Below are positions 45,772-53,559 of a stretch of DNA of 64,000 nucleotides, piece after piece. The notes beneath the pieces were generated by a model. That model saw only the letters and a program-made list of their open reading frames with translations, was not told the DNA's origin and made no database searches. Position numbers and translations under genes: made by a program. Each line of letters begins with the position of its first letter. Within the stretch, counting starts at the first letter, position 1. Source of the DNA: an uncultured Prolixibacteraceae bacterium (GTDB lineage: Bacteria > Bacteroidota > Bacteroidia > Bacteroidales > Prolixibacteraceae); assembly GCA_942493345.1 (NCBI GenBank), contig OW818695.1, positions 2,021,719-2,085,718 of the forward strand, in the 5' to 3' direction.

Positions 45772-47286
45772 TTACTCTTTTCCCTTGTCATACGTGGCTT
45801 CTCTTTGTTTTGCCTTTTCCTGCCATTGAGGTAACAGATTCCGTTTGAATTCCTGCTTTTCCTTTTTCAGTTGTTCCATGTTCAGCCCGATAAAAGCCTG
45901 CGCTTTGGCTTTTGTTTCAATTTCAGGATAAGGAACTTCCTTGTTGTATCCCAAATCGGCCAAAACACGGGCCAGTTTGATACGGGTATCCTGTGCAATA
46001 GTGATGCCGGTCGATATTATACGGCCAATCTCAATCGGCGAATGGAACGATGCTCCGTGACTTGCGGCCGAATAATCCCAGCGCCACTGTGCACGACGGA
46101 TTCCCTGGAGGATGTCTTTCATCTCGGTTTCTTTAGCTCCCAAGTCCCAGGCTTTTTTTGCTTCCATGTGGGCACGGACAAGCAATTCCTCAAGTTTGTT
46201 GCGGTTTTCAATAATTTTATCCTGACGGTCGTACACGTTTTTAACCAATTCCAGGGTTTCTTCGCGGTGGCAAACCTGGCACGAGTTGGCCACATTGTTC
46301 AACGGCGACTGAATGTGATGGTCGGTAAGTTTCTGCCCGCCTTCACTTTTGTATGGCATGTGGCAATCGGCACACGATACGCCCCGTTCGGCATGAATGC
46401 CGGTCAGGTGCACTTCGTAATCCGGATGTTGCGCCTTCAGCATTGGTGCCTTGCTGAGGGCATGTGTCCAATCTGAAAATTCAATTTCGTCGTAATATTT
46501 TTCCATTGCTTCGGGCGACATGCCTTTATCCCACGGAAATGTCAGGTATTCGGCGCCTTCTACCTTTTTCTTATTGAAATAATATTCAACATGGCATTGG
46601 GCACATACCAGGCTGCGCATTTCCTGATGGCTTGCATTTTGAATGTCTTTTCCTTGTCGTTCGAAGGCTTCAATTAGCGCCGGACGGGAAATATGCAGGT
46701 TCATGGTTTTTGCATCGTGACAGTCGGCACAACCAATCGGGTTCACCACTTCACCACCCAGACTGGCCCATTTTCCTGTATAAAAAGCGGCCACACCACA
46801 TTCGTGCATCAGTCGGGGCACATCGGGGCTTTTGCAGGTCCAGCAAGTAGATGGCGCTGGCCCGCTGTTGGCATCGGTGGGTGCGCCGGTGCGTAAAATA
46901 TTTATAATATCTTCCACAGCATGAGCATGTCCGCGGGACTGATTGTATTCTTTTGAAAAACTGTAACCCGCCCAAAGCACCACGAGCCGCGGATCAACGT
47001 CAAGCATATCAATCATCCGGCTTCCGTTGTATTTGCTCGCAAAAGTGGTGTCGACGGTTTGTTTGAATGAGTCGAATTCCCGTGGAAAAATCTCACCCCA
47101 AACTTCGTTTCGGGGTTCCCACTGCGAAACCTGTTTTTGGGGAATATTCACAAAAACAGCTTCGGCCCTCCGTTCAACTATTGACGACGCCAAAAGACCA
47201 ATGAAAAAAACAAAAACAACGGTGGCGAAAAAAATAAGCCATGCCATCCACGGGCGTTTTTCTATCAGGTTGAGTATACTTTTCAT
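45772..47286 (-). CDS. nrfA: Ammonia-forming pentaheme cytochrome c nitrite reductase
   Basis: Diagnostic CXXCK heme site (CWTCKSPDV) plus four CXXCH sites (CADCH, CAQCH, CADCH, CQVCH). The start is set at MKSILNLIEK (ATG 47286). The annotated ORF extension to 47520 overlaps nrfH and looks non-coding. Confidence 0.93.
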   Translation of the reverse strand: MKSILNLIEKRPWMAWLIFFATVVFVFFIGLLASSIVERRAEAVFVNIPQKQVSQWEPRNEVWGEIFPREFDSFKQTVDTTFASKYNGSRMIDMLDVDPRLVVLWAGYSFSKEYNQSRGHAHAVEDIINILRTGAPTDANSGPAPSTCWTCKSPDVPRLMHECGVAAFYTGKWASLGGEVVNPIGCADCHDAKTMNLHISRPALIEAFERQGKDIQNASHQEMRSLVCAQCHVEYYFNKKKVEGAEYLTFPWDKGMSPEAMEKYYDEIEFSDWTHALSKAPMLKAQHPDYEVHLTGIHAERGVSCADCHMPYKSEGGQKLTDHHIQSPLNNVANSCQVCHREETLELVKNVYDRQDKIIENRNKLEELLVRAHMEAKKAWDLGAKETEMKDILQGIRRAQWRWDYSAASHGASFHSPIEIGRIISTGITIAQDTRIKLARVLADLGYNKEVPYPEIETKAKAQAFIGLNMEQLKKEKQEFKRNLLPQWQEKAKQREATYDKGKE

Positions 47287-47291
47287 AGTCG

Positions 47292-47891
47292 TTATTTTTT
47301 TGATGTTTCGGTTTTTAACATTTTCTCGAGCCACGCGGGAACCGGACTTTCCGGAAGAGGCACGCGGGCATTGGGTACACTGCTCAGGCTGTTGACCCGG
47401 CCATGCGGTACTTCTCGGTGACATTCCCAGCAAACCCTGCCGGTTGCATGAGCTTCCTGGTTTTCCACGGTTGACACCAGTTTGGGATCGAGCAAAAGCG
47501 CACTGTGGCAGCGGATACAATTCGTATGAACTACGTTTCGTCCGGCTTCATGAATAAAAATTACCTGCGGTTCCATTCTTAGTGCAAATATGCTGGCATG
47601 GCGCATTCCATCTTTTGCCTTGAAAAAATATTTATTAAGCACATTATTGTGAGGCACATGACAGTCGTTGCAGTTTGTATATTCACGGTGTGAACTATGG
47701 CTCCAAGTGGCATATTGGGGAGCCATAATATGGCAATTGGTGCAGGTTTCAGGCTTGTCGGACAAATACGAATGGGCTTTGCTGATGTAAAACGAATACG
47801 CTGCAAGCCCCGCAATTATTCCGCATAAAAGCAATACCGGAAATCGCCATTCCCGGGGTGGAATAATTCGTTCGAATAACTTCATAAGCAA
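47292..47891 (-). CDS. nrfH: Tetraheme NapC/NirT-family quinol dehydrogenase, nitrite reductase small subunit
   Basis: 199 aa with an N-terminal TM helix and four CXXCH sites (CTNCH, CNDCH, CIRCH, CWECH). It lies 5 nt upstream of nrfA. Confidence 0.9.
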   Translation of the reverse strand: MLMKLFERIIPPREWRFPVLLLCGIIAGLAAYSFYISKAHSYLSDKPETCTNCHIMAPQYATWSHSSHREYTNCNDCHVPHNNVLNKYFFKAKDGMRHASIFALRMEPQVIFIHEAGRNVVHTNCIRCHSALLLDPKLVSTVENQEAHATGRVCWECHREVPHGRVNSLSSVPNARVPLPESPVPAWLEKMLKTETSKK

Positions 47892-48046
47892 CCGTTATTA
47901 TGCGTCCTGTAACCTGCAAAAATAGTTGAACTGTTATGCTCTTATTATCTACAAGTTAGAAGTATTCAGGCTGAAATCAATAATTACAAATGATGTTATA
48001 CAAAAGGAATTTTCGAACGTTTGTGGAACGTCAGGAGTATTTCAGT

Positions 48047-49150
48047 TTATTTATTCCGAGGGATTTTAAGTATTTCAACAATTTCGTGGCTTATTCGTCG
48101 GGCAATACGCAGCTGTCCCAAGTCGGTGAGATGTGTTCCGTCGATGGTCGTTTCGTGGTCTTTTCCGTTTAATTCATTGGAGGGAATATAATAAACCTGT
48201 TCAAAATTTTCAGTAAGCAGTTGTTCGTATACATTTCTGAACGACTCGTTTTGCTGGCGGACGCGAGTTCCGATTTCGAGATTCCAATTCCCCGTTTCCC
48301 GGAAAATACTTTCCACCATGAGGATTGGCGTACCGGGTTTCAGTATCCGTAGTTTTTTGATGAATGGGAGCGCTCTTTCCTTGATTTGTTCAGGAGATGT
48401 ATTCGGTACACAATCGAGAATATACAGATCGGCTGGTATTTTGGCTAGCAGATCAACGATTTCGATCTCCATTTTACCGGCCCCGCTAAATCCCAGGTTA
48501 AAAGTTTCGACATTCAGGTTGCGGGAAATGATCGAAGGATAAGCCATTCCCGGCCGGGAAGCCGATGCTCCCTGGGTGATACTCGACCCGTAGACCGCAA
48601 TCTTTTTTGATGGTATGTATTCCGGGCTGGCAGGTTTTATGGCAGCTTGTTCGTCCACCCCGATTTCGATCTCTGTCAGTTCGGAATAGAGGGGTAGGTA
48701 AATTCTGTAATGCCTCATTTTTCCATCGAGATTTTTAACCAGAGAGGCGATGTTTTTTTCTGATCCGGGACCGGCAGATGCTACAAATTGCCATGAATTG
48801 CCGTTCCACCCGTAAAGATCCAGACCGCCGATAGCTGTCGGGGTCATATTTGCCCTTGAGATGTATTTTCGTAAGTTCCATTTTACACCGATGTTCCGAG
48901 AATTGGTTTGAAACAGGATATTCAGCCCCGCCGAATTGGTTGATAAGTTTTTTACTTCGTTAGTCAATCCGATGCAGTTTAGTGAATCGATACGCTGAAA
49001 AAGACCGGAAGGAACAAAACCGGGCTGTCCGAAAACCGTGAGGTTTTCACCCCGAACATATTTTAGAGGAAGGTCTTCGCCTGCAACTGAAAAAAAAGAT
49101 AAAACGGGAATAAGAAGGACAAACAGATATTTTTTACAAATGGCATTCAT
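48047..49150 (-). CDS. Secreted SGNH/GDSL-family hydrolase (esterase) with an N-terminal beta-domain
   Basis: 367 aa with a signal peptide. Block I is AVYGSSITQG and block V is DGTHLTDLG. Confidence 0.8.
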   Translation of the reverse strand: MNAICKKYLFVLLIPVLSFFSVAGEDLPLKYVRGENLTVFGQPGFVPSGLFQRIDSLNCIGLTNEVKNLSTNSAGLNILFQTNSRNIGVKWNLRKYISRANMTPTAIGGLDLYGWNGNSWQFVASAGPGSEKNIASLVKNLDGKMRHYRIYLPLYSELTEIEIGVDEQAAIKPASPEYIPSKKIAVYGSSITQGASASRPGMAYPSIISRNLNVETFNLGFSGAGKMEIEIVDLLAKIPADLYILDCVPNTSPEQIKERALPFIKKLRILKPGTPILMVESIFRETGNWNLEIGTRVRQQNESFRNVYEQLLTENFEQVYYIPSNELNGKDHETTIDGTHLTDLGQLRIARRISHEIVEILKIPRNK

Positions 49151-49162
49151 TGAAAAATTAGT

Positions 49163-50104
49163 TTAACGGTTTTTATCGGCAACAATCCGGTTATACATCT
49201 GCTCATAGCATTCTTTAAGATCCTTCACATCTTTATATGCGCATTCAAACATAAACGGACCTTTGTAGCTTGCTTCGTTCAACGCCGACAAGATGTCTGT
49301 CCAGTTATTCTGTCCCTCGCCTGAACAGGGCAGGAAGTGACATTCTTTCTTCCCGTCGCCATCGGCTATGTGTAACGATTTCAAACGTTTTCCCATGGCC
49401 CGGATCAGTTTTTCAGGATCTTTGATGTGGTTGGTGTCTACCGCCGAAAAAATAGTTTTGGGCAAGCGGCTCATAATTTCCACTGTTTCCTCAACAGTGC
49501 GGCATAATGGGCGCTCGCGTTCAGCATCTACATTCAGTTCATACCCAAGCATATTTTCGATTACCATTGTTGCATTCATATCGCGTACGGTTTTATTCAG
49601 CTCAACAGCCGACTTAATCATCTGGTTTTTCCTGATTTCCCGTTCGTTCAGTCCTAAATAAAAACTGGGATGAAACAGAACAATTTCCGGCTGAAGGATG
49701 CGAAAAAAGCCCAACAATTTTTGGTGCAAGGCAACCACTTGCCGACGTTCTTCTTCATTGGCAAGGGAAAGATCGATATTCGGACCGAAAGGCATGTGAA
49801 TAGACCATATTTTTATGCCGGCCTCTTCTGCCGCATTTTTGGCCTTCTCCATTTTCTCAATCATTTCTTCATCGCTGAAATTGAAACTCCGGTCTTTGCT
49901 GACCAGCCCGTTGGGCGAAACCTCAATGTAATCAATTCCTACCGATTTGGCATATTTCATTTTCTCCGGATTTATCTTGTCAATTCCAATGGAATAACCC
50001 AGATCAAGAGGTTTTGGCGTTTTTGTATTTCTTCCCAAGGTATTGAAAGAGATTAAAAAGGAAGAGATAATAATAAGAAAGAGTAGCGATACATTTTTTT
50101 TCAT
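49163..50104 (-). CDS. Secreted sugar-phosphate isomerase/epimerase-like TIM-barrel protein (xylose-isomerase-like fold)
   Basis: 313 aa with a signal peptide. The alternating beta/alpha pattern, with conserved H and E residues (WSIHMPF, VIENM, LHIADG), is typical of the AP-endonuclease-2/xylose-isomerase-like family. Confidence 0.7.
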   Translation of the reverse strand: MKKNVSLLFLIIISSFLISFNTLGRNTKTPKPLDLGYSIGIDKINPEKMKYAKSVGIDYIEVSPNGLVSKDRSFNFSDEEMIEKMEKAKNAAEEAGIKIWSIHMPFGPNIDLSLANEEERRQVVALHQKLLGFFRILQPEIVLFHPSFYLGLNEREIRKNQMIKSAVELNKTVRDMNATMVIENMLGYELNVDAERERPLCRTVEETVEIMSRLPKTIFSAVDTNHIKDPEKLIRAMGKRLKSLHIADGDGKKECHFLPCSGEGQNNWTDILSALNEASYKGPFMFECAYKDVKDLKECYEQMYNRIVADKNR

Positions 50105-50115
50105 CCGAACAAATT

Positions 50116-50325
50116 TTAAAGTTTCTGATTTTCTATTGGTTTAAGTTTAGCTATATTATCAAGATATTCCACCGGATGGAACTGACATGCAGTTTGTTCA
50201 TTGGTGTTTCCCGAAATGTCGGGACAAGTTGTGCTTTTTGCAAGCCTGTTCGTTTCATAACATGATTGATTTAATGGGAAAAAGGCCAGCAACAGAAGGA
50301 TAAAAACTATTTCATTCGTGACCAT
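50116..50325 (-). CDS. Small hydrophobic-N-terminus protein, unknown function
   Basis: 69-aa ORF that exactly fills the gap between two operon genes. Its ATG lies 1 nt after the upstream stop, and the next start is 11 nt after its own stop. The N-terminus is signal-like (IVFILLLLAFFPLNQSC). Confidence 0.45.
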   Translation of the reverse strand: MVTNEIVFILLLLAFFPLNQSCYETNRLAKSTTCPDISGNTNEQTACQFHPVEYLDNIAKLKPIENQKL

Positions 50326-50326
50326 T

Positions 50327-51184
50327 TTATTCCGGAGTAATATAAAGAATACTTTTTACCGGACGTTCGTGTCCATCGGAAGGTACATTTACCACACCGT
50401 TGCCCTTTTCTCCTTTCACATAAAGGGTTGTCGAGCCACCGCCATCGAGGTTAATAACATCGGTACAGCCAATTGCTCGGGCAAAAATACGGAGTTCGGT
50501 CAGGTTCATTCCGGCGGCACGTTCCGACGCCCTTCCATCAACAGCAACAAGGAGGAGACATTCGTTGGAAAAAGCGGCGAACGAACGCGGGTGTCTGCTG
50601 TGAACAAACGAATTGTTCCACATGTCTATATTTTTGTCATCATCGATAACCAACGGGCCTGAAACTACTGCATATTCTGCGTTTTCTGCATTTCCGGTTT
50701 CTTTTTCCTTATTCCATGTTGAAATATCGATGCGGTTTTTTGTAACCGTAAATATGCCGGTTGCCCGGGTTCTGAACTCTTTTTCCTCGGTTTGGGCGAT
50801 AACTTGGTTGTTTATTTTAACGAAGTGACGACTGTATCCTTCCTCAATGTTAAAATACGAGCCATTGATTGCGATAATTGCATTCTGAAGAGCCGCTTGG
50901 GTGCTTGTTGTTGCAAGCATTTCCGGCATGCCTACGAAATAATTTACATTGGCTTTAGCTGTGTCTATTTCAATCATGAAAATAGCCTGGGGCGAATCGA
51001 AAATATTGATGTTGGCTGTTTTTAGTTTTATGCCCTTGCTGACATTTTTCACATTCCACTTGATATTGGCTATTTTTTCCGAATCGGATAATTTTTTTTT
51101 CGGAATGTTGTCACTTGCCTCACAACTGAAAAATAGAATAATTGTCAGAAAAAATAGAAGTCTGATAAATCGGATATTCATCAT
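50327..51184 (-). CDS. Secreted phosphodiester glycosidase family protein (NAGPA / uncovering-enzyme-like, DUF2233)
   Basis: 285 aa with a lipobox-like signal (LFFSCEA). The INGSYF and NLDGGGSTTLYV motifs are typical of this family. Confidence 0.75.
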   Translation of the reverse strand: MMNIRFIRLLFFLTIILFFSCEASDNIPKKKLSDSEKIANIKWNVKNVSKGIKLKTANINIFDSPQAIFMIEIDTAKANVNYFVGMPEMLATTSTQAALQNAIIAINGSYFNIEEGYSRHFVKINNQVIAQTEEKEFRTRATGIFTVTKNRIDISTWNKEKETGNAENAEYAVVSGPLVIDDDKNIDMWNNSFVHSRHPRSFAAFSNECLLLVAVDGRASERAAGMNLTELRIFARAIGCTDVINLDGGGSTTLYVKGEKGNGVVNVPSDGHERPVKSILYITPE

Positions 51185-51256
51185 TTTGTAAGATTATTAG
51201 CGATTTTTAAGAATCTTTCTTTGAGTAAACTATTTCAAAGATATGTGAAAATTGGA

Positions 51257-51330
51257 GCTGTACAAAAAGTCAGAATATTGAGATCCCAAAGCAGGTTCGG
51301 AATGACTTGGGAAAAGACTTTTTGCACAGC
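51257..51330. repeat. Hairpin (MITE-like) intergenic repeat, copy C (short form)
   Basis: The termini GCTGTACAAAAAGTC (51257-51271) and GACTTTTTGCACAGC (51316-51330) match at 14 of 15 positions. An inner TCCCAA/TTGGGA pairing is also present. Confidence 0.65.
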
Positions 51331-51358
51331 CTCATAACTTTAAATCAACAAAAATTTG

Positions 51359-51448
51359 TTACCAGCCGGGATTCTGCACCAGGTTCCCGTTCAGGTTTAT
51401 ACCTTCCTGTGGAATTGGGTAATAGTAATCCTTGCTTTCGTCAAATGT
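51359..51448 (-). pseudogene. C-terminal remnant of a SusD-family gene
   Basis: The tail of ORF 51359-51652 reads ...FDESKDYYYPIPQEGINLNGNLVQNPGW. This matches the C-termini of both intact SusD genes in this window (WPIPQ...NPNL..NPGY). Upstream of it there is no SusD-like sequence. Confidence 0.55.
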
Positions 51449-51867
51449 TACAGCTTCTAAACAATTTAAATCGAATGACAAAAATGCCATCGACAGCTTG
51501 TATGCTATACAGTCGAAGACTATATAAATTTGTATTTGTTTATTTGAAAACCGGGAAGGTGTTCTCGGTGTAGTACAGGATGTTTTCATCAGTTTGGGGA
51601 CAAACGAAATGCGCTGAAAGAAGACAAGAGCTGATAGAGCTGCTTCCAACACAGCGAAGATTGATTTTCAGGATGAGCAAAGAAAAAGGTCAAAGCAACA
51701 AATTGATTGCCGAGGAACCGGGTATTTCTGTAAAAACGGTTGAGGACCATATTACCAAAGCCCGGCGTTTCATTAAAGAACACATGAAGAGTACGGATTG
51801 GTTGTTTTGCTGTTTTACGAGTTGTTTGTATAGAATGACTCTGTTATTCCAAACTTCGATTTATTGA
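51445..51867 (+). pseudogene. Disrupted ECF sigma factor gene (frameshifts, in-frame stop, internal deletion)
   Basis: Three sigma-like pieces. Frame 1 reads MLQLLNNLNR..MLYSRRLYKFVFVYLKTGK and then hits TAG at 51571. A shifted frame reads VVQDVFISLGTNEMR (region 2, compare LVQDVFTELWEHR in the intact sigma). Frame 1 then resumes with ELIELLPTQRRLIFRMSKEKGQSNKLIAEEPGISVKTVEDHITKARRFI (region 4). About 60 residues between regions 2 and 4 are missing. Confidence 0.6.
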
Positions 51868-51892
51868 CCGGTCACCTGAAATTGACCGGTCA
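51865..51892. terminator. Strong stem-loop built from two copies of the palindrome TGACCGGTCA
   Basis: TGACCGGTCA at 51865-51874 and at 51883-51892, separated by an 8-nt spacer, giving a 10-bp perfect stem. It lies between the sigma relic (plus strand) and the stop of the 51946-53142 gene (minus strand). Confidence 0.45.
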
Positions 51893-51945
51893 ATAAAGTT
51901 GTTTCAATTTTACCTGATGGCACTATTGATTTTAGTTATCCTTTT

Positions 51946-53142
51946 TTATACCGTTGCTGGCATGTCCGGATGGTTCGGTCCAAAATGTTTAAGTATGACC
52001 ATCGGTTGAAATTTGCTTTCGTTGGTAATAACCACGCCGTCTTTTGCCGCGGCCTCGCTCACGAAATACTCGTCGTTACTTGGTTGTCCATAGCGTAAAA
52101 TGACAGAAGCTTCGGCATCGTAAACTCCAAACTTTCCATGACCTTGTATGATAATGCATCCATAGGCAGCCTCATCCTTAATCGTAACGGTTTGTCCGGG
52201 CATAATCCGTAGTTCCTTTGCTCCGACATAATCGTTGGCATAAGAAATCCACTTTTCGGTGAATTGTTCATTCGATTGAGGGCAAAGAATTGGGGCGCGG
52301 AAATAAGTCTTTTTATAGTGCGGATCAATATTTTTCTCCCAGTCCATAAGGCTTAAAACATAATCGATGTTGCGCTTTTTATCTTCAGGGCAATTCTCTA
52401 CCAGAAACTCGTAAGGGTAAATTTCATTCGAGGTGATATTCTCATAAACCGAATTTACATCGCTGTTCCATTGAGGTTCATAAGTCAGGTACGAACCCGG
52501 GGCATGGATCACACCCGGAGGGGTATACCAGCCGGTGCCAAGTTGTATGCGATATGCACGCGAAAGTTCAGTGATGCGGGTATCGCCTTCTTCATACTTT
52601 AACAGCCGTTCTCTCACCATGTCTTTGGTAACATCTGGATCGAATCCAAAATAGGTAACCGGAAAGTCTCCGCCGTAGTTATTCATTTCCGGTGGAAAAT
52701 AATACGCTTCGGGTTTCCCTAACCGACCTACTTTTGCTGCGGCATCGAAGCCGAGATGCAAGTGATGAAAAAGAGGAGCTCCAAAATCGAAGAACTTAGA
52801 GTACATTGGCCAGCCACCATATTTTTGCATAAGTTCTGTTCCTACAATTTGTTCACCAAAAAAATCGACAGTTTCCTTTAATGTAAACTTTTCAGATAAT
52901 TTCTCGCTGAACGGTAAAACATAACTTAATCCTTCATCAGCCGGTGCAAGCGGTCCATTCATACAAGTAATAACCGATGCAAACCAACGTTCTTTGATTG
53001 AACCACGCTTTGTTCCCAGAGCATAGTAATCGTCAGGATGAAGGCGAAGCCGATAACCTGCCTTGCTAAATCTTCTTGGTACAAAAACCGGGATTAACCG
53101 AAGAATCCCTTTCCCTTGTTCAAATGTTTCTTTAATTTTCAT
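51946..53142 (-). CDS. Cupin-fold protein resembling type I phosphomannose isomerase; candidate aldose-ketose isomerase
   Basis: 398-aa ORF and the last gene of the sugar operon. The stretch FHHLHLGFDAAAKVGRLGKPEAYYF resembles the PMI metal-site/KPE region. This assignment is tentative. Confidence 0.4.
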   Translation of the reverse strand: MKIKETFEQGKGILRLIPVFVPRRFSKAGYRLRLHPDDYYALGTKRGSIKERWFASVITCMNGPLAPADEGLSYVLPFSEKLSEKFTLKETVDFFGEQIVGTELMQKYGGWPMYSKFFDFGAPLFHHLHLGFDAAAKVGRLGKPEAYYFPPEMNNYGGDFPVTYFGFDPDVTKDMVRERLLKYEEGDTRITELSRAYRIQLGTGWYTPPGVIHAPGSYLTYEPQWNSDVNSVYENITSNEIYPYEFLVENCPEDKKRNIDYVLSLMDWEKNIDPHYKKTYFRAPILCPQSNEQFTEKWISYANDYVGAKELRIMPGQTVTIKDEAAYGCIIIQGHGKFGVYDAEASVILRYGQPSNDEYFVSEAAAKDGVVITNESKFQPMVILKHFGPNHPDMPATV

Positions 53143-53167
53143 TTCAAAGTATTTTTATAGTTTTTGA

Positions 53168-53539
53168 TTACATGTTCTTTTTTACTTCGTAGACTTTTTC
53201 CATTCTTACCCATTCCAGCTTATGCCCCGGAAGTGCTTGCTGGTAGTTTTGCATGAGAGTTTCCCAGGCCGGATTTTTTTCTCCTTTGTTCATTTCTATC
53301 CATGCTTTGTCAAAATCCACATCAACCTGCATTTCACAAATCATGAACAGGCGGTTATCCACATTATATATTTCCATTTCTATACCCACATTGCGGGTGC
53401 CAGCTTTAATTTCCTGCCAGATCCCTTCGTCGGTGTGGTAATACCTGTACTTAGCGATCAAATCCGGGTCATTTTTTAAATCCAAAGCCAAACAATATCT
53501 TTTAATTTGACCGGTAATTTCTGAATTATTAGAAGACAT
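53168..53539 (-). CDS. rhaM: L-rhamnose mutarotase family protein
   Basis: 123 aa. RYCLALDLKNDPDLIAKYRYYHTDEGIWQEIKAG...GIEMEIYNVDNRLFMICEM is a typical RhaM/DUF718 pattern. Confidence 0.8.
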   Translation of the reverse strand: MSSNNSEITGQIKRYCLALDLKNDPDLIAKYRYYHTDEGIWQEIKAGTRNVGIEMEIYNVDNRLFMICEMQVDVDFDKAWIEMNKGEKNPAWETLMQNYQQALPGHKLEWVRMEKVYEVKKNM

Positions 53540-53559
53540 ATTCTTTAATCTTTTAGAAT

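Noticed and set aside
45871-46476. 201-aa plus-strand ORF
   Set aside because: It is antisense to nrfA, whose heme motifs fix the true frame and strand. It is a shadow ORF.
47287-47520. 78-codon N-terminal extension of the nrfA ORF (MYPLPQCAFARSQ...)
   Set aside because: It overlaps the 3' part of nrfH in another frame and is Arg/Gly/Ser/Pro-rich. The internal ATG at 47286 gives the expected N-terminal membrane anchor (MKSILNLIEKRPWMAWLIFFATVVF) 5 nt after the nrfH stop.
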